DNA from: an uncultured Anaerolineaceae bacterium
Lineage (GTDB): Bacteria > Chloroflexota > Anaerolineae > Anaerolineales > UBA4823
Reading direction: 5' to 3'
Assembly (NCBI GenBank): GCA_964633225.1
Contig: CAZWFQ010000003.1
Coordinates: 26,064 to 90,063, forward strand
Length of the DNA stretch: 64,000 nt
The translations under genes and the position numbers were made by a program. Below the pieces are notes generated by a model. That model searched no databases. It saw only the letters and a program-made list of their open reading frames with translations, and was not told where the DNA came from. Positions 45,492-52,983 of this stretch are shown piece by piece. Positions within the stretch are counted from its first letter, which is position 1. Every line of letters starts with the position of its first letter.

Positions 45492-45533
45492 TTGCGACGA
45501 CCGCCGATCCGGTGCTAAGATTATAATCTAAAT

Positions 45534-45583
45534 CCGAAAACGAGTGTGAGACTGGTTGCGCATCGTCTCACACTCGTTTTCGG
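45534..45583 (-). terminator. 19-bp perfect-stem hairpin overlapping the last 5 codons and the stop of the SARP-type regulator gene
   Basis: CCGAAAACGAGTGTGAGAC, a 12-nt loop, then GTCTCACACTCGTTTTCGG. On the minus strand it is followed by ATTTAGATTATAAT. Confidence 0.45.
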
Positions 45584-48500
45584 GAGGCCACGATCTCTGC
45601 CAGGCTGAGGCACATGCCGCGGGCCTGGGCATCTGCCAACCGTTCAGCCGGGATCTTATCACGCAGGTGTTCGAGCAAACCGCTGGCCTTTTGATGGGTT
45701 TGCTCGTCGAGGCCGGTCTGCTGCAGGGCAAAGGACAGCAGTTCAACTGTACCTTCCATCTGTCCATCCAACGACAATGCCTCTGCAATCCCACATAATA
45801 CATCCACTGCCACGGGGGTCAGTTCAATCTCCACCGCCAGGGCCAGGGCTTCATCATAATATTGGCAGGCGCGGCCAGGATTGCCCCGCGTCACCCACAA
45901 GTTGCCCAGGCTGTTCAAAGCATACAGGATGCTTTTCCGATCGCTTGCCTGGCGGCTCATTGCCAGGCTCTGGTCATAGTGCAGCATGGCATTCTCGTAT
46001 TCGCCCAGTGCTTTCTCCACATCCCCCAGGTGCTTGAGGGTGCTGGCAATGCCCCACTGAAAGCCAATTTCCCGACAAATTGCCAGGCATTCCAGGCGCA
46101 GGTCACGCGCCCGTACAAATTCTTCGTGGATGTAGGCGATAATGCTCATGTTCTGCAGGCAGCGTGCCATCCCAGACCGGTCACTGATTTCGCGGAAGCA
46201 TTCCAGGGCCTGCTTGAAATACGCCTCTGCCTGGTCATAATCTCCCAATACTCCATTCAAGACACCCAGGCTGTTGAAGGCCATCGCCATACCCCAGGCA
46301 TTTTCCAGGCGGCCGTACAGCGCTAATGCCTGCATGGTAAGGGCTTTGGCCTGCTCCATATCGCCACGCATGCGGCTAACGTTAGATAGGGTATCGAGCA
46401 GCAGCGCAGCATTAAACAGGCTGCCAGCCTTTTCGTTTGCAACACGTGCTTCATCCAGGTATTGTTGGGCCAGGGCCAGGTCGCCGTGGTTAAACGCCAG
46501 GTCGCCTAACAGGCGCAGCCCCAGGGTGATCTCATGATAATCTTCCCTCAGACGCAGCAGTTCCAGGCCGCGCGCCAATAAAGCCTGGGCCTGGTCACCG
46601 TGGCTCAGCCTGGCCGCGAACATGCCCTGGCGCAGCATCAGGCTGCCCAGCAACCCTTCCATCCCATCCACCCGGTGGCGCCCCTTTTCCACCGCTGCCA
46701 CAGCCGCAGCAAACATTTCCAACCCCTCTTGGAACCAGGAATGGATCTCGTAGAATTGGCCCAGGCCGTTCAGCACAATCACCATCTGTGCAGACTGCCC
46801 CAGGGGGAGCATTTCTCCTTCCGGCACCCCCAAGGCAAGCATCGCCGTTCCCCACTGCCAGGCAGCGCGAATATTTTGGATATTAGCCCCGATGACTGCC
46901 AGGGCATGTTTTTGCTCCTTGCCCACCAGGGCCGGGCCATGCTCTGCCAGGAGATCAAAATAAAACGCACCATGCGCCTGCTGCACAGCCTGGTAATCCG
47001 CCGGGTCAGCTTGTAAATGCTCTTCAGCAAACTGCTGCACAGCCCGGTGCAGGCCGTAATTTCCGGCTGCCAGGCGGCGCACCAGGCTGCGCTCCACCAA
47101 ACCCGTCAAAACCTCCCCGCTGGCTCCTGCCACCTGGGCAGCCGCCTCTGCAGAGAATTCGCCCCGAAACACCGCCAGGCGTGCAAACACAGCCTGTGCC
47201 ACCGGCTCCAGCAAATCCCAGGAATGGTCAAATGCCGCCCGTAAACTGCGGTGGCGCTCGGGCATGTCGCGCAAGCGGGCGGTGGCAATATCCAGGCCCT
47301 GCGCCAACTGTGCAGCAATCTCTTCACAAGATTGCACCCGTACCCAAGAGCCCACCAACTCGATCCCCAGAGGCAGGCCTTCCAACAGTTGGCAAATGCG
47401 CAGCACAGGCAGGTATTCTCTTTGCAGGTCAAAACGCGGCTGGATGCGCCGCGCCGTCTGCTCAAATAAGAGCAGGGCGCTGTGCTCCCCCACCGGTACA
47501 CCGGCAGGGGTTCCATCTTCTGGGTACGCCAACCCTTCCACTTCCAACACGCACTCCAGGCGCAGGCTCAAGGGTTGGCGCGTGGTGGTGATGATCTTAA
47601 GCCCAGGGGCGCGTTCTAACATATCGGCTACCAACCCGGCTGCATCCAACAAGTGCTCGAAGTTGTCCAGCACCAACAAGATCTGCTTTTCTTGCAAGAA
47701 ATTGAGCAGTTGAGCTTCTGGGGCTTCTCGGCTGTAAAACCGGAGCTGTACGGCTTCCGCAATCGCCGGAGCCACCTGGCTGGCAGATGTCAATGGCGAT
47801 AATTTCACCAGGTAGACCCCGTTCTCAAACAACCCCACCTGCGTCGCAGCCGCCTCCAAAGCCAGGCGCGTCTTGCCGCTGCCGCCCGGGCCCACCAGGG
47901 TCAGCAGGCGGCAAGAGACATTTGCCAGGCTATCTGCCATGGCGTCTAATTCGGTCACCCGCCCAACCAGGGGCGTGGCTGGCTGCGGCAGGTTTTTCAA
48001 AGAGGGCCGGAACCGCGGCCGCAGCAGTTCATCATTGACCGCCGCAGGTGCAGCCCCGGTTTGCGCCAGGTGGGCGCGGATCGCAGCCGACAATCGCACG
48101 GTTTCTGTCGCCGGCTCTACCCCCATCTGCTCGCTCAGATAACGGCGGCAGACAGTAAACTGCGCCTGTGCTGCCGCCCACTGCCCATCCAGGGCCAGCA
48201 AACGCATCAACTCACTATGGGCCTGCTCTTCCCAAGGTGCCAGGTTGATCAATTGCGCTGCATCCTGGGCCGCCAGGGCAAATTCAGCCCGCCGCTCGTG
48301 GTATTCTACCAGGCGCGTCAGCACCTCGATCTGCTGCCGGCTAAGCTCCTCGCGCAGCATGCTGGCCCACTCGTCAAACAAGGGCCCCCCGCTCAAGTAG
48401 AACTGGTCCAGGAACCCGCCCCGGTAAAGCGCAGCTGCCTTCCGCAGGCGGCGAAAATTGACCCCTTGCTGGCCTCCCCCGCGCCCCTTACTGCTTTGGT

Positions 48501-48894
48501 AATGCGCCAATGCAGCCTGCACATCTTCTCGGTAAGCCCGCACATCCAGCCAATGATCGCAGTCGGGATTGAACTGGACGCTGCCATCTGGCTGGACCAG
48601 CAGAAATGGCCGGTTGGCAGGCGTGCCATCCCCCCCCTGCGGCACAGCACCGGCATCCTCCTTCAACGCCTTGCGCAAATTTGAAAGCGCCTGCCGCAAG
48701 CTGTGCAGAGCCTTATCTTCCGGTTGGTCTGACCACAACAATCCAGCCAGGTGTTCTCGGCGGTGAGAGCGCTGATTTTCAACCATCAGGTAGATCAATA
48801 AAGCCCTAACCTTATCAGAAGCAAAGGCTTGGAGCGGCCGCCCATCCAATTCCGCGGCGAAGGAACCCAGGCAGGTCATGCGCAGCATTGTCAA
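45568..48894 (-). CDS. AfsR/SARP-type STAND transcriptional regulator (winged-helix DNA-binding domain, BTAD, NB-ARC ATPase, TPR)
   Basis: N-terminus CLGSFAAELDGRPLQAFASDKVRALLIYLMVE...LWSD...LRQALSNLRKAL. BTAD (WLDVRAY..., YRGGFLDQF). Walker A GPGGSGKTRLA. Many TPR-like repeats. Start is the TTG at 48894 or the ATG at 48888. Confidence 0.9.
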   Translation of the reverse strand: MTMLRMTCLGSFAAELDGRPLQAFASDKVRALLIYLMVENQRSHRREHLAGLLWSDQPEDKALHSLRQALSNLRKALKEDAGAVPQGGDGTPANRPFLLVQPDGSVQFNPDCDHWLDVRAYREDVQAALAHYQSSKGRGGGQQGVNFRRLRKAAALYRGGFLDQFYLSGGPLFDEWASMLREELSRQQIEVLTRLVEYHERRAEFALAAQDAAQLINLAPWEEQAHSELMRLLALDGQWAAAQAQFTVCRRYLSEQMGVEPATETVRLSAAIRAHLAQTGAAPAAVNDELLRPRFRPSLKNLPQPATPLVGRVTELDAMADSLANVSCRLLTLVGPGGSGKTRLALEAAATQVGLFENGVYLVKLSPLTSASQVAPAIAEAVQLRFYSREAPEAQLLNFLQEKQILLVLDNFEHLLDAAGLVADMLERAPGLKIITTTRQPLSLRLECVLEVEGLAYPEDGTPAGVPVGEHSALLLFEQTARRIQPRFDLQREYLPVLRICQLLEGLPLGIELVGSWVRVQSCEEIAAQLAQGLDIATARLRDMPERHRSLRAAFDHSWDLLEPVAQAVFARLAVFRGEFSAEAAAQVAGASGEVLTGLVERSLVRRLAAGNYGLHRAVQQFAEEHLQADPADYQAVQQAHGAFYFDLLAEHGPALVGKEQKHALAVIGANIQNIRAAWQWGTAMLALGVPEGEMLPLGQSAQMVIVLNGLGQFYEIHSWFQEGLEMFAAAVAAVEKGRHRVDGMEGLLGSLMLRQGMFAARLSHGDQAQALLARGLELLRLREDYHEITLGLRLLGDLAFNHGDLALAQQYLDEARVANEKAGSLFNAALLLDTLSNVSRMRGDMEQAKALTMQALALYGRLENAWGMAMAFNSLGVLNGVLGDYDQAEAYFKQALECFREISDRSGMARCLQNMSIIAYIHEEFVRARDLRLECLAICREIGFQWGIASTLKHLGDVEKALGEYENAMLHYDQSLAMSRQASDRKSILYALNSLGNLWVTRGNPGRACQYYDEALALAVEIELTPVAVDVLCGIAEALSLDGQMEGTVELLSFALQQTGLDEQTHQKASGLLEHLRDKIPAERLADAQARGMCLSLAEIVASRKRV

Positions 48895-48934
48895 ATAATA
48901 CCTCTAACAAAAATAACCTCCTCATTATAAAAGA

Positions 48935-48978
48935 TTTACGCAAAAATTGACGCTTTCTTGACGCCCATTCTGTATCAT
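48935..48978 (+). promoter_or_regulatory. heptad direct repeats (TTTACGC, TTGACGC, TTGACGC) plus a TATCAT -10 box: candidate SARP-activated promoter
   Basis: Repeats at 48935-48941, 48947-48953 and 48958-48964 (the last two 11 nt start to start). The -10 TATCAT lies at 48973-48978, exactly 8 nt after the last repeat. The ATG at 48987 is 8 nt after the -10. Confidence 0.6.
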
Positions 48979-48986
48979 GTAGGCGT

Positions 48987-49244
48987 ATGAGACACTACTT
49001 TTCTTACCTTCTTCGCATCTGGCAGCCTCTCTCTCCCACCTGGAAAGGAGACTTAGCTACAGCCCCCCAAGAGACCGACTGGATGGCATCCCTTGAAGAC
49101 CCCCACACCCACCAGGTTCATCATTTCAACAGCCTGGCAGACCTGTACCAATTCATTCAACAGCAGGCAGATACGCTGGACTGCCCGCCCGAAACCAAAC
49201 CGGTTGCCCCTCAACCGATCCAATCTCCCCCTCGAAAGGAATAG
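48987..49244 (+). CDS. small hypothetical protein (85 aa) with YLLRIW ... WMASLEDPHT motif
   Basis: First ATG after the candidate promoter (leaderless geometry). It ends 4 nt before the beta-helix gene. Coding status rests on position and on motif recollection only. Confidence 0.5.
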   Translation: MRHYFSYLLRIWQPLSPTWKGDLATAPQETDWMASLEDPHTHQVHHFNSLADLYQFIQQQADTLDCPPETKPVAPQPIQSPPRKE

Positions 49245-49248
49245 AACC

Positions 49249-50853
49249 ATGAAATCCAAGCACGCCCTTCGTCCTGTTTCACCCATCATTTTATTCATCA
49301 GCCTGGCCCTTTTTGGGCTGCTCCTCTTCAGCCTGGCGGATGCCGGCCCGGCTGCCGCCGCGCCCCAGGCTACCACCATCACCGTCAACAGCGGCACCGA
49401 TCCCGATACCAGCCAAAGTAACACCTGTATCTCGCACACGCCCTGCACCCTGCGCCGGGCCATCGTCCAGGCTCGTAACACCGCCGGGGACGTGGTCATC
49501 GCATTTGACATTCCCGAAAGTGCAGCCGAGGGGTGGAATTCCGCGTTGGGTATCTGGAAAATAAATATCAACGAAATCACACCCATCTCCGGCAGCGTCT
49601 TCCGCCGCCTGACCGGGAACATCACCATCGATGGCTCCACCCAGCCTGGTGGACGCAGCAGCGGACCCAAGATCATCATTCACGGGCCAAAAACGGGCCA
49701 GAATGACGGGTTGATCGTGGGCGACTTTGCCGGCAATGATCACATTGTGATCCGCGGTCTGGGCTTCCAGAACCTTACAACTCATATTAACATCAATACC
49801 GACTACAATACCATTGAAGACTGTTGGTTTGGCCTGAGCGATGATGGCACCGCCATGTATATGCGTGGCAATAACCCCGACAGCGGCAGCGGTGGTACGG
49901 GAGTTGCAGTAAAAATTGGGGCCAATAATAACCTGATCCAGAACAACGTTTTCTTAGGCATCTCCGGCGTGGCAGCCGCCATCGATGGCGACCACAACAC
50001 ATTCGCCAACAATTACGTCGGCACACGCGCCGATGGCAATGTCCCCGATCTGGCGCCTTCTCAGGTTTGCTCACCGGTGGATTGGCAAGGCGGCAGCGGC
50101 CTGAGCATCTCAGATGACTACAATATCATCGAAAACAACATCATCGCCGGGCTGCGCCTGGATGTTGAACCCCCATCCATTCAGCCTGACGCCATCCGAG
50201 TCAGCGGAGACAATCACATCTTCCGGGAAAACATCATTGGCGAGGATATCAACGGCACCCAGGTGGGGGTCTGTGGGCGCGGGATCTACCTGACCAGCAG
50301 TACCAAGTACAACCTGGTAATAGATAACCGCATTGTTTCGCCAGGCTATTCAGCCATTTCGCTGAACGACTCGCCGACCGATGTCATCACATCCAACGGC
50401 AACACTCTGAGCACCAATGTGATTATCAAATACACGCCCTGGGGCGAGGTAGAAGGCCAGACCAGCCCTGAAGACGCCATCCAGGTAACAAAGAGCATGC
50501 CCACCGCCTTTAAAAACTTCAAGCCAGCCGCCGTGACATCCATTGAAGGCGTCAATATCTCCGGCACAGCCGGCGCTAACAGCCCCTGCAACCTCTGCAC
50601 GATCGAGATCTTCCTCGATGATGACGATGGCATCAACGAGGCCCTGCAGTCGCTGGCTGTGGTCACCGCCGATGCCAACGGCAATTGGAGCGCCACCCTC
50701 CCCGCCGCCCTCACCGCAGGACAGGGCCTGCGCACCACAACCACCACGCATGAATATGGAGATATCGCCGGGATGTATGCTGGCACCACCACCGGCCTCT
50801 CAGAGTTGTATGTGCCCGGCTACGAGGTCTTCTTGCCAATGATCTCTCGCTAA
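49249..50853 (+). CDS. secreted right-handed parallel beta-helix repeat protein
   Basis: ATG at 49249 preceded by AAAGGA. Signal peptide MKSKHALRPVSPIILFISLALFGLLLFSLADA. CTLRRAIVQARN motif. Repeated (I/V)xGN/Dxxxxxxxxxxx(N/D)N beta-helix rungs. Confidence 0.85.
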   Translation: MKSKHALRPVSPIILFISLALFGLLLFSLADAGPAAAAPQATTITVNSGTDPDTSQSNTCISHTPCTLRRAIVQARNTAGDVVIAFDIPESAAEGWNSALGIWKININEITPISGSVFRRLTGNITIDGSTQPGGRSSGPKIIIHGPKTGQNDGLIVGDFAGNDHIVIRGLGFQNLTTHININTDYNTIEDCWFGLSDDGTAMYMRGNNPDSGSGGTGVAVKIGANNNLIQNNVFLGISGVAAAIDGDHNTFANNYVGTRADGNVPDLAPSQVCSPVDWQGGSGLSISDDYNIIENNIIAGLRLDVEPPSIQPDAIRVSGDNHIFRENIIGEDINGTQVGVCGRGIYLTSSTKYNLVIDNRIVSPGYSAISLNDSPTDVITSNGNTLSTNVIIKYTPWGEVEGQTSPEDAIQVTKSMPTAFKNFKPAAVTSIEGVNISGTAGANSPCNLCTIEIFLDDDDGINEALQSLAVVTADANGNWSATLPAALTAGQGLRTTTTTHEYGDIAGMYAGTTTGLSELYVPGYEVFLPMISR

Positions 50854-50860
50854 AGATTGA

Positions 50861-50904
50861 AAACAAGGTGGAGCGGCGAATTCGCCGCTCCACCTTGTTT
50901 TCAG
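50861..50904 (+). terminator. intrinsic terminator: 40-nt perfect palindrome with A-tract and T-tract flanks
   Basis: AAACAAGGTGGAGCGGCGAA/TTCGCCGCTCCACCTTGTTT followed by TCAG. It starts 8 nt after the beta-helix stop codon. The geometry is potentially bidirectional. Confidence 0.8.
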
Positions 50905-50905
50905 A

Positions 50906-50911
50906 TATAAT
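50906..50911 (+). promoter_or_regulatory. TATAAT -10 box, 7 nt upstream of the DUF1361 gene ATG
   Basis: TATAAT-caagttc-ATG(50919). No RBS and no clear -35. Confidence 0.45.
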
Positions 50912-50918
50912 CAAGTTC

Positions 50919-51605
50919 ATGTCTGTCAAAAATATGCACCGTTTCCTGGCCAGCCAATCCTTTTACCCCCTGCTCTTATCCACCGGGTTGGCAGCTTGCT
51001 TCCTGGCTTTTCGAATGCTGTACAGCGGCAACACCAATTACAGCAATCTATCCTGGAATCTCTTTCTCGCCTGGCTGCCGTATTTCTTCAGCATGGCCGC
51101 GGCCGGGCTGCACCGCTTATTCCCGCGCCACTGGCCCTGGCTGATCCCGCTGGCCCTGGCCTGGTTGGCCTTCTTTCCCAACGCGCCGTACATCGTCACA
51201 GATTTCTACCACCTGGCGGCGCGCCCCCCTGTGCCCATGTGGTACGACATTGGCCTGATCGCCATTTTTGCCTTCACGGGCTGTTTCTTGGCCATTGCCT
51301 CACTGCGCACCATGCAGTTCTTGGTTGAGGCGCACGCTGGGCGGCTGTTTGGCTGGCTCTTTGTGATCGCCAGCCTGGGTTTGAGCGGGCTGGGCGTGTA
51401 CCTGGGCCGCTTTGGGCGCTGGAATAGTTGGGACCTGCTCATACAGCCCAAGGCCGTGGTCAAAGATATTGCCTTGCAGATCCTCAACCCCCTGGATAAC
51501 CTGGGCTTTGTGGGCTTCACCCTCATGTTCACCGCCATCTTGTTGGTCTTCTACCTGATGTTCGTATCCGCGGCCGCGCCGGCCTCAACCCGGCAAGAGC
51601 CATGA
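50919..51605 (+). CDS. DUF1361-family integral membrane protein
   Basis: Multi-TM. LAWLPYFFS and FFPNAPYIVTDFYHL motifs. The ORF-track start at 50868 lies inside the terminator palindrome, so the ATG at 50919 is preferred. Confidence 0.75.
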   Translation: MSVKNMHRFLASQSFYPLLLSTGLAACFLAFRMLYSGNTNYSNLSWNLFLAWLPYFFSMAAAGLHRLFPRHWPWLIPLALAWLAFFPNAPYIVTDFYHLAARPPVPMWYDIGLIAIFAFTGCFLAIASLRTMQFLVEAHAGRLFGWLFVIASLGLSGLGVYLGRFGRWNSWDLLIQPKAVVKDIALQILNPLDNLGFVGFTLMFTAILLVFYLMFVSAAAPASTRQEP

Positions 51606-51618
51606 GAAAGGATGATTG

Positions 51619-52500
51619 ATGTCTCACCCTTCTTTCCGAGAACGCATCCAATCCGGCGCCGTCCTGGTGGCTGATGGCGCCACCGGCACCAACCTGCTGG
51701 CGCGCGGCTTGCCCAGCGGCATCACGGCCGAAACCTGGGTATTAGAAAACCCCGCCCAGATCGTCCAACTGCACCAGGATTTCATCACTGCCGGTGCAGA
51801 CATCATCCTCACCAGCACCTTCAGTGCTTCGCCGCTGCGCCTGGCCGCTTCGCCGCTGGCAGACCGCCAGGCTGAGATCAACCAGCGCGCCGTGGCATTG
51901 GCCCGCCAGGCCGCTGCCGGAGGCCAGATATTGATTGGCGGGTCATTGGGCCCTGCCGGGCAATTGCTCAAGCCCTATGGCCCGCTCGAGCCTGCCGATG
52001 TGACTGCGTCCTATGCAGCCCAAGCGCGCTCCCTGGCTGAGGCCGGCGTTGACCTGCTGGTGATCGAGACCCAATTCGACCTGGCCGAAGCACGCGCTGC
52101 CATCCAGGGTGTGCGCTCCGTTAGCACCCTGCCGCTGGTTTGCTCCTTTAGCTATGACCGCGGCAAGCGCACCATGATGGGCGTCAGCCCCAGCCAGGCC
52201 GGTCAAGAATTGACCGCCCTGGGTGTGGATGTCATCGGCATCAACTGCGGGCGCAGCCTGGAAGAAAACCTGGCCAACTTGCAAGCCCTGCGCCAGGCCA
52301 CCAGCCTGCCACTATGGTTCAAACCCAACGCGGGTCTGCCCCGTCTGGATGAAAATGCCCAGGCCATCTACGATGTCAGCCCCCAGCAAATGGGCCAGCA
52401 GGTGCCCGCCTGGCTGGCAGCCGGTGCGCAGATCATCGGCGGCTGCTGCGGCACCAGCCCAGCCCACTTAAAGGAGATCGCCCAAAATGTGGCAAGGTAA
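51619..52500 (+). CDS. homocysteine S-methyltransferase-domain protein
   Basis: GATGTNL, INCG and GGCCGTSPAHL zinc-Cys motifs. AAAGGA lies 6 nt before the ATG at 51619. Confidence 0.85.
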   Translation: MSHPSFRERIQSGAVLVADGATGTNLLARGLPSGITAETWVLENPAQIVQLHQDFITAGADIILTSTFSASPLRLAASPLADRQAEINQRAVALARQAAAGGQILIGGSLGPAGQLLKPYGPLEPADVTASYAAQARSLAEAGVDLLVIETQFDLAEARAAIQGVRSVSTLPLVCSFSYDRGKRTMMGVSPSQAGQELTALGVDVIGINCGRSLEENLANLQALRQATSLPLWFKPNAGLPRLDENAQAIYDVSPQQMGQQVPAWLAAGAQIIGGCCGTSPAHLKEIAQNVAR

Positions 52501-52954
52501 AGTCCATTCCATTTACATCACCCCCACCGCCGGCGCCCCAACCCAGACCGTCGAGCAGGTGCGCGCTGTGCCAAGCATGGGCTTACAAGGCGACCGCCAC
52601 TTCGGCCCAGCCGAGAACAAACGCCCCGGCGGTGGACGCGATATCACCCTCATCGCACTGGAAGCCATCCAGGCCATCGTCGAAGAAACCGGCCTCCAGT
52701 TCACCCCAGCCGATGCCCGGCGCAACATCGTCACCCAGGGCGTGCCGCTGAACGACCTGGTGGGCTGCAAATTCCACCTGGGCGGCGTGGCCCTGCGCGG
52801 GGTGCGCCTGTGCGAGCCTTGCCATCACCTGGCCAGCCTCACCGACGCCCGCATCTTGCCGGCCCTGGTACACCGCGGCGGCCTGCGCGCCGATATCCTC
52901 AACGAAGGTGACATCCACGTTGGGGATCTGATTACGCCCGACAACGAAGTATAA
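52487..52954 (+). CDS. MOSC-domain protein
   Basis: 155 aa. GLQGDRH, RNIVTQG and LCEPCHHL (conserved MOSC cysteine). Overlaps the preceding gene by 14 nt. Confidence 0.8.
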   Translation: MWQGKVHSIYITPTAGAPTQTVEQVRAVPSMGLQGDRHFGPAENKRPGGGRDITLIALEAIQAIVEETGLQFTPADARRNIVTQGVPLNDLVGCKFHLGGVALRGVRLCEPCHHLASLTDARILPALVHRGGLRADILNEGDIHVGDLITPDNEV

Positions 52955-52983
52955 TTGCACAAATCACGCTCAAAGGAGATTCC

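Noticed and set aside
45492-45567. A Moco or purine riboswitch in leaders of the hydroxylase operons (also checked 10294-10383 and 34544-34581).
   Set aside because: The gaps are short (38-90 nt), and I could not recognise the conserved Moco-motif or purine-riboswitch cores. This needs a covariance-model scan to exclude formally.
48630-48637. C8/G8 homopolymer inside the SARP-type regulator gene (encodes QGGDG) as a possible slipped-strand phase-variation switch.
   Set aside because: The tract is only 8 nt and in frame in an intact 1108-aa ORF, within a GC-rich genome where such runs occur by chance. There is no evidence of length heterogeneity from a single sequence.
48947-48964. Reading the two TTGACG motifs simply as alternative -35 hexamers of an ordinary sigma-70 promoter.
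   Set aside because: Their spacers to the TATCAT -10 box are 9 nt and 20 nt, both outside the functional 16-18 nt range. The 11-nt periodicity and 8-nt offset fit an activator (SARP) site better.
50868-50918. The ORF-track 5' extension of the DUF1361 gene (MERRIRRSTLFSDIIKF), and the mirror-image minus-strand ORF 50711-50929.
   Set aside because: Both are translations of the 40-nt perfect palindrome that acts as a terminator. The symmetric peptide (ERRIRRSTLFS on both strands) is an artefact of the inverted repeat.
52487-52954. The MOSC-domain protein as a dedicated Moco sulfurase/selenium-transfer partner of the three hydroxylases.
   Set aside because: It is on the opposite strand, more than 7 kb from the nearest hydroxylase gene. 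It is translationally coupled to a homocysteine methyltransferase-domain gene instead. Small MOSC proteins are widespread with diverse roles. The link is tempting but unsupported.
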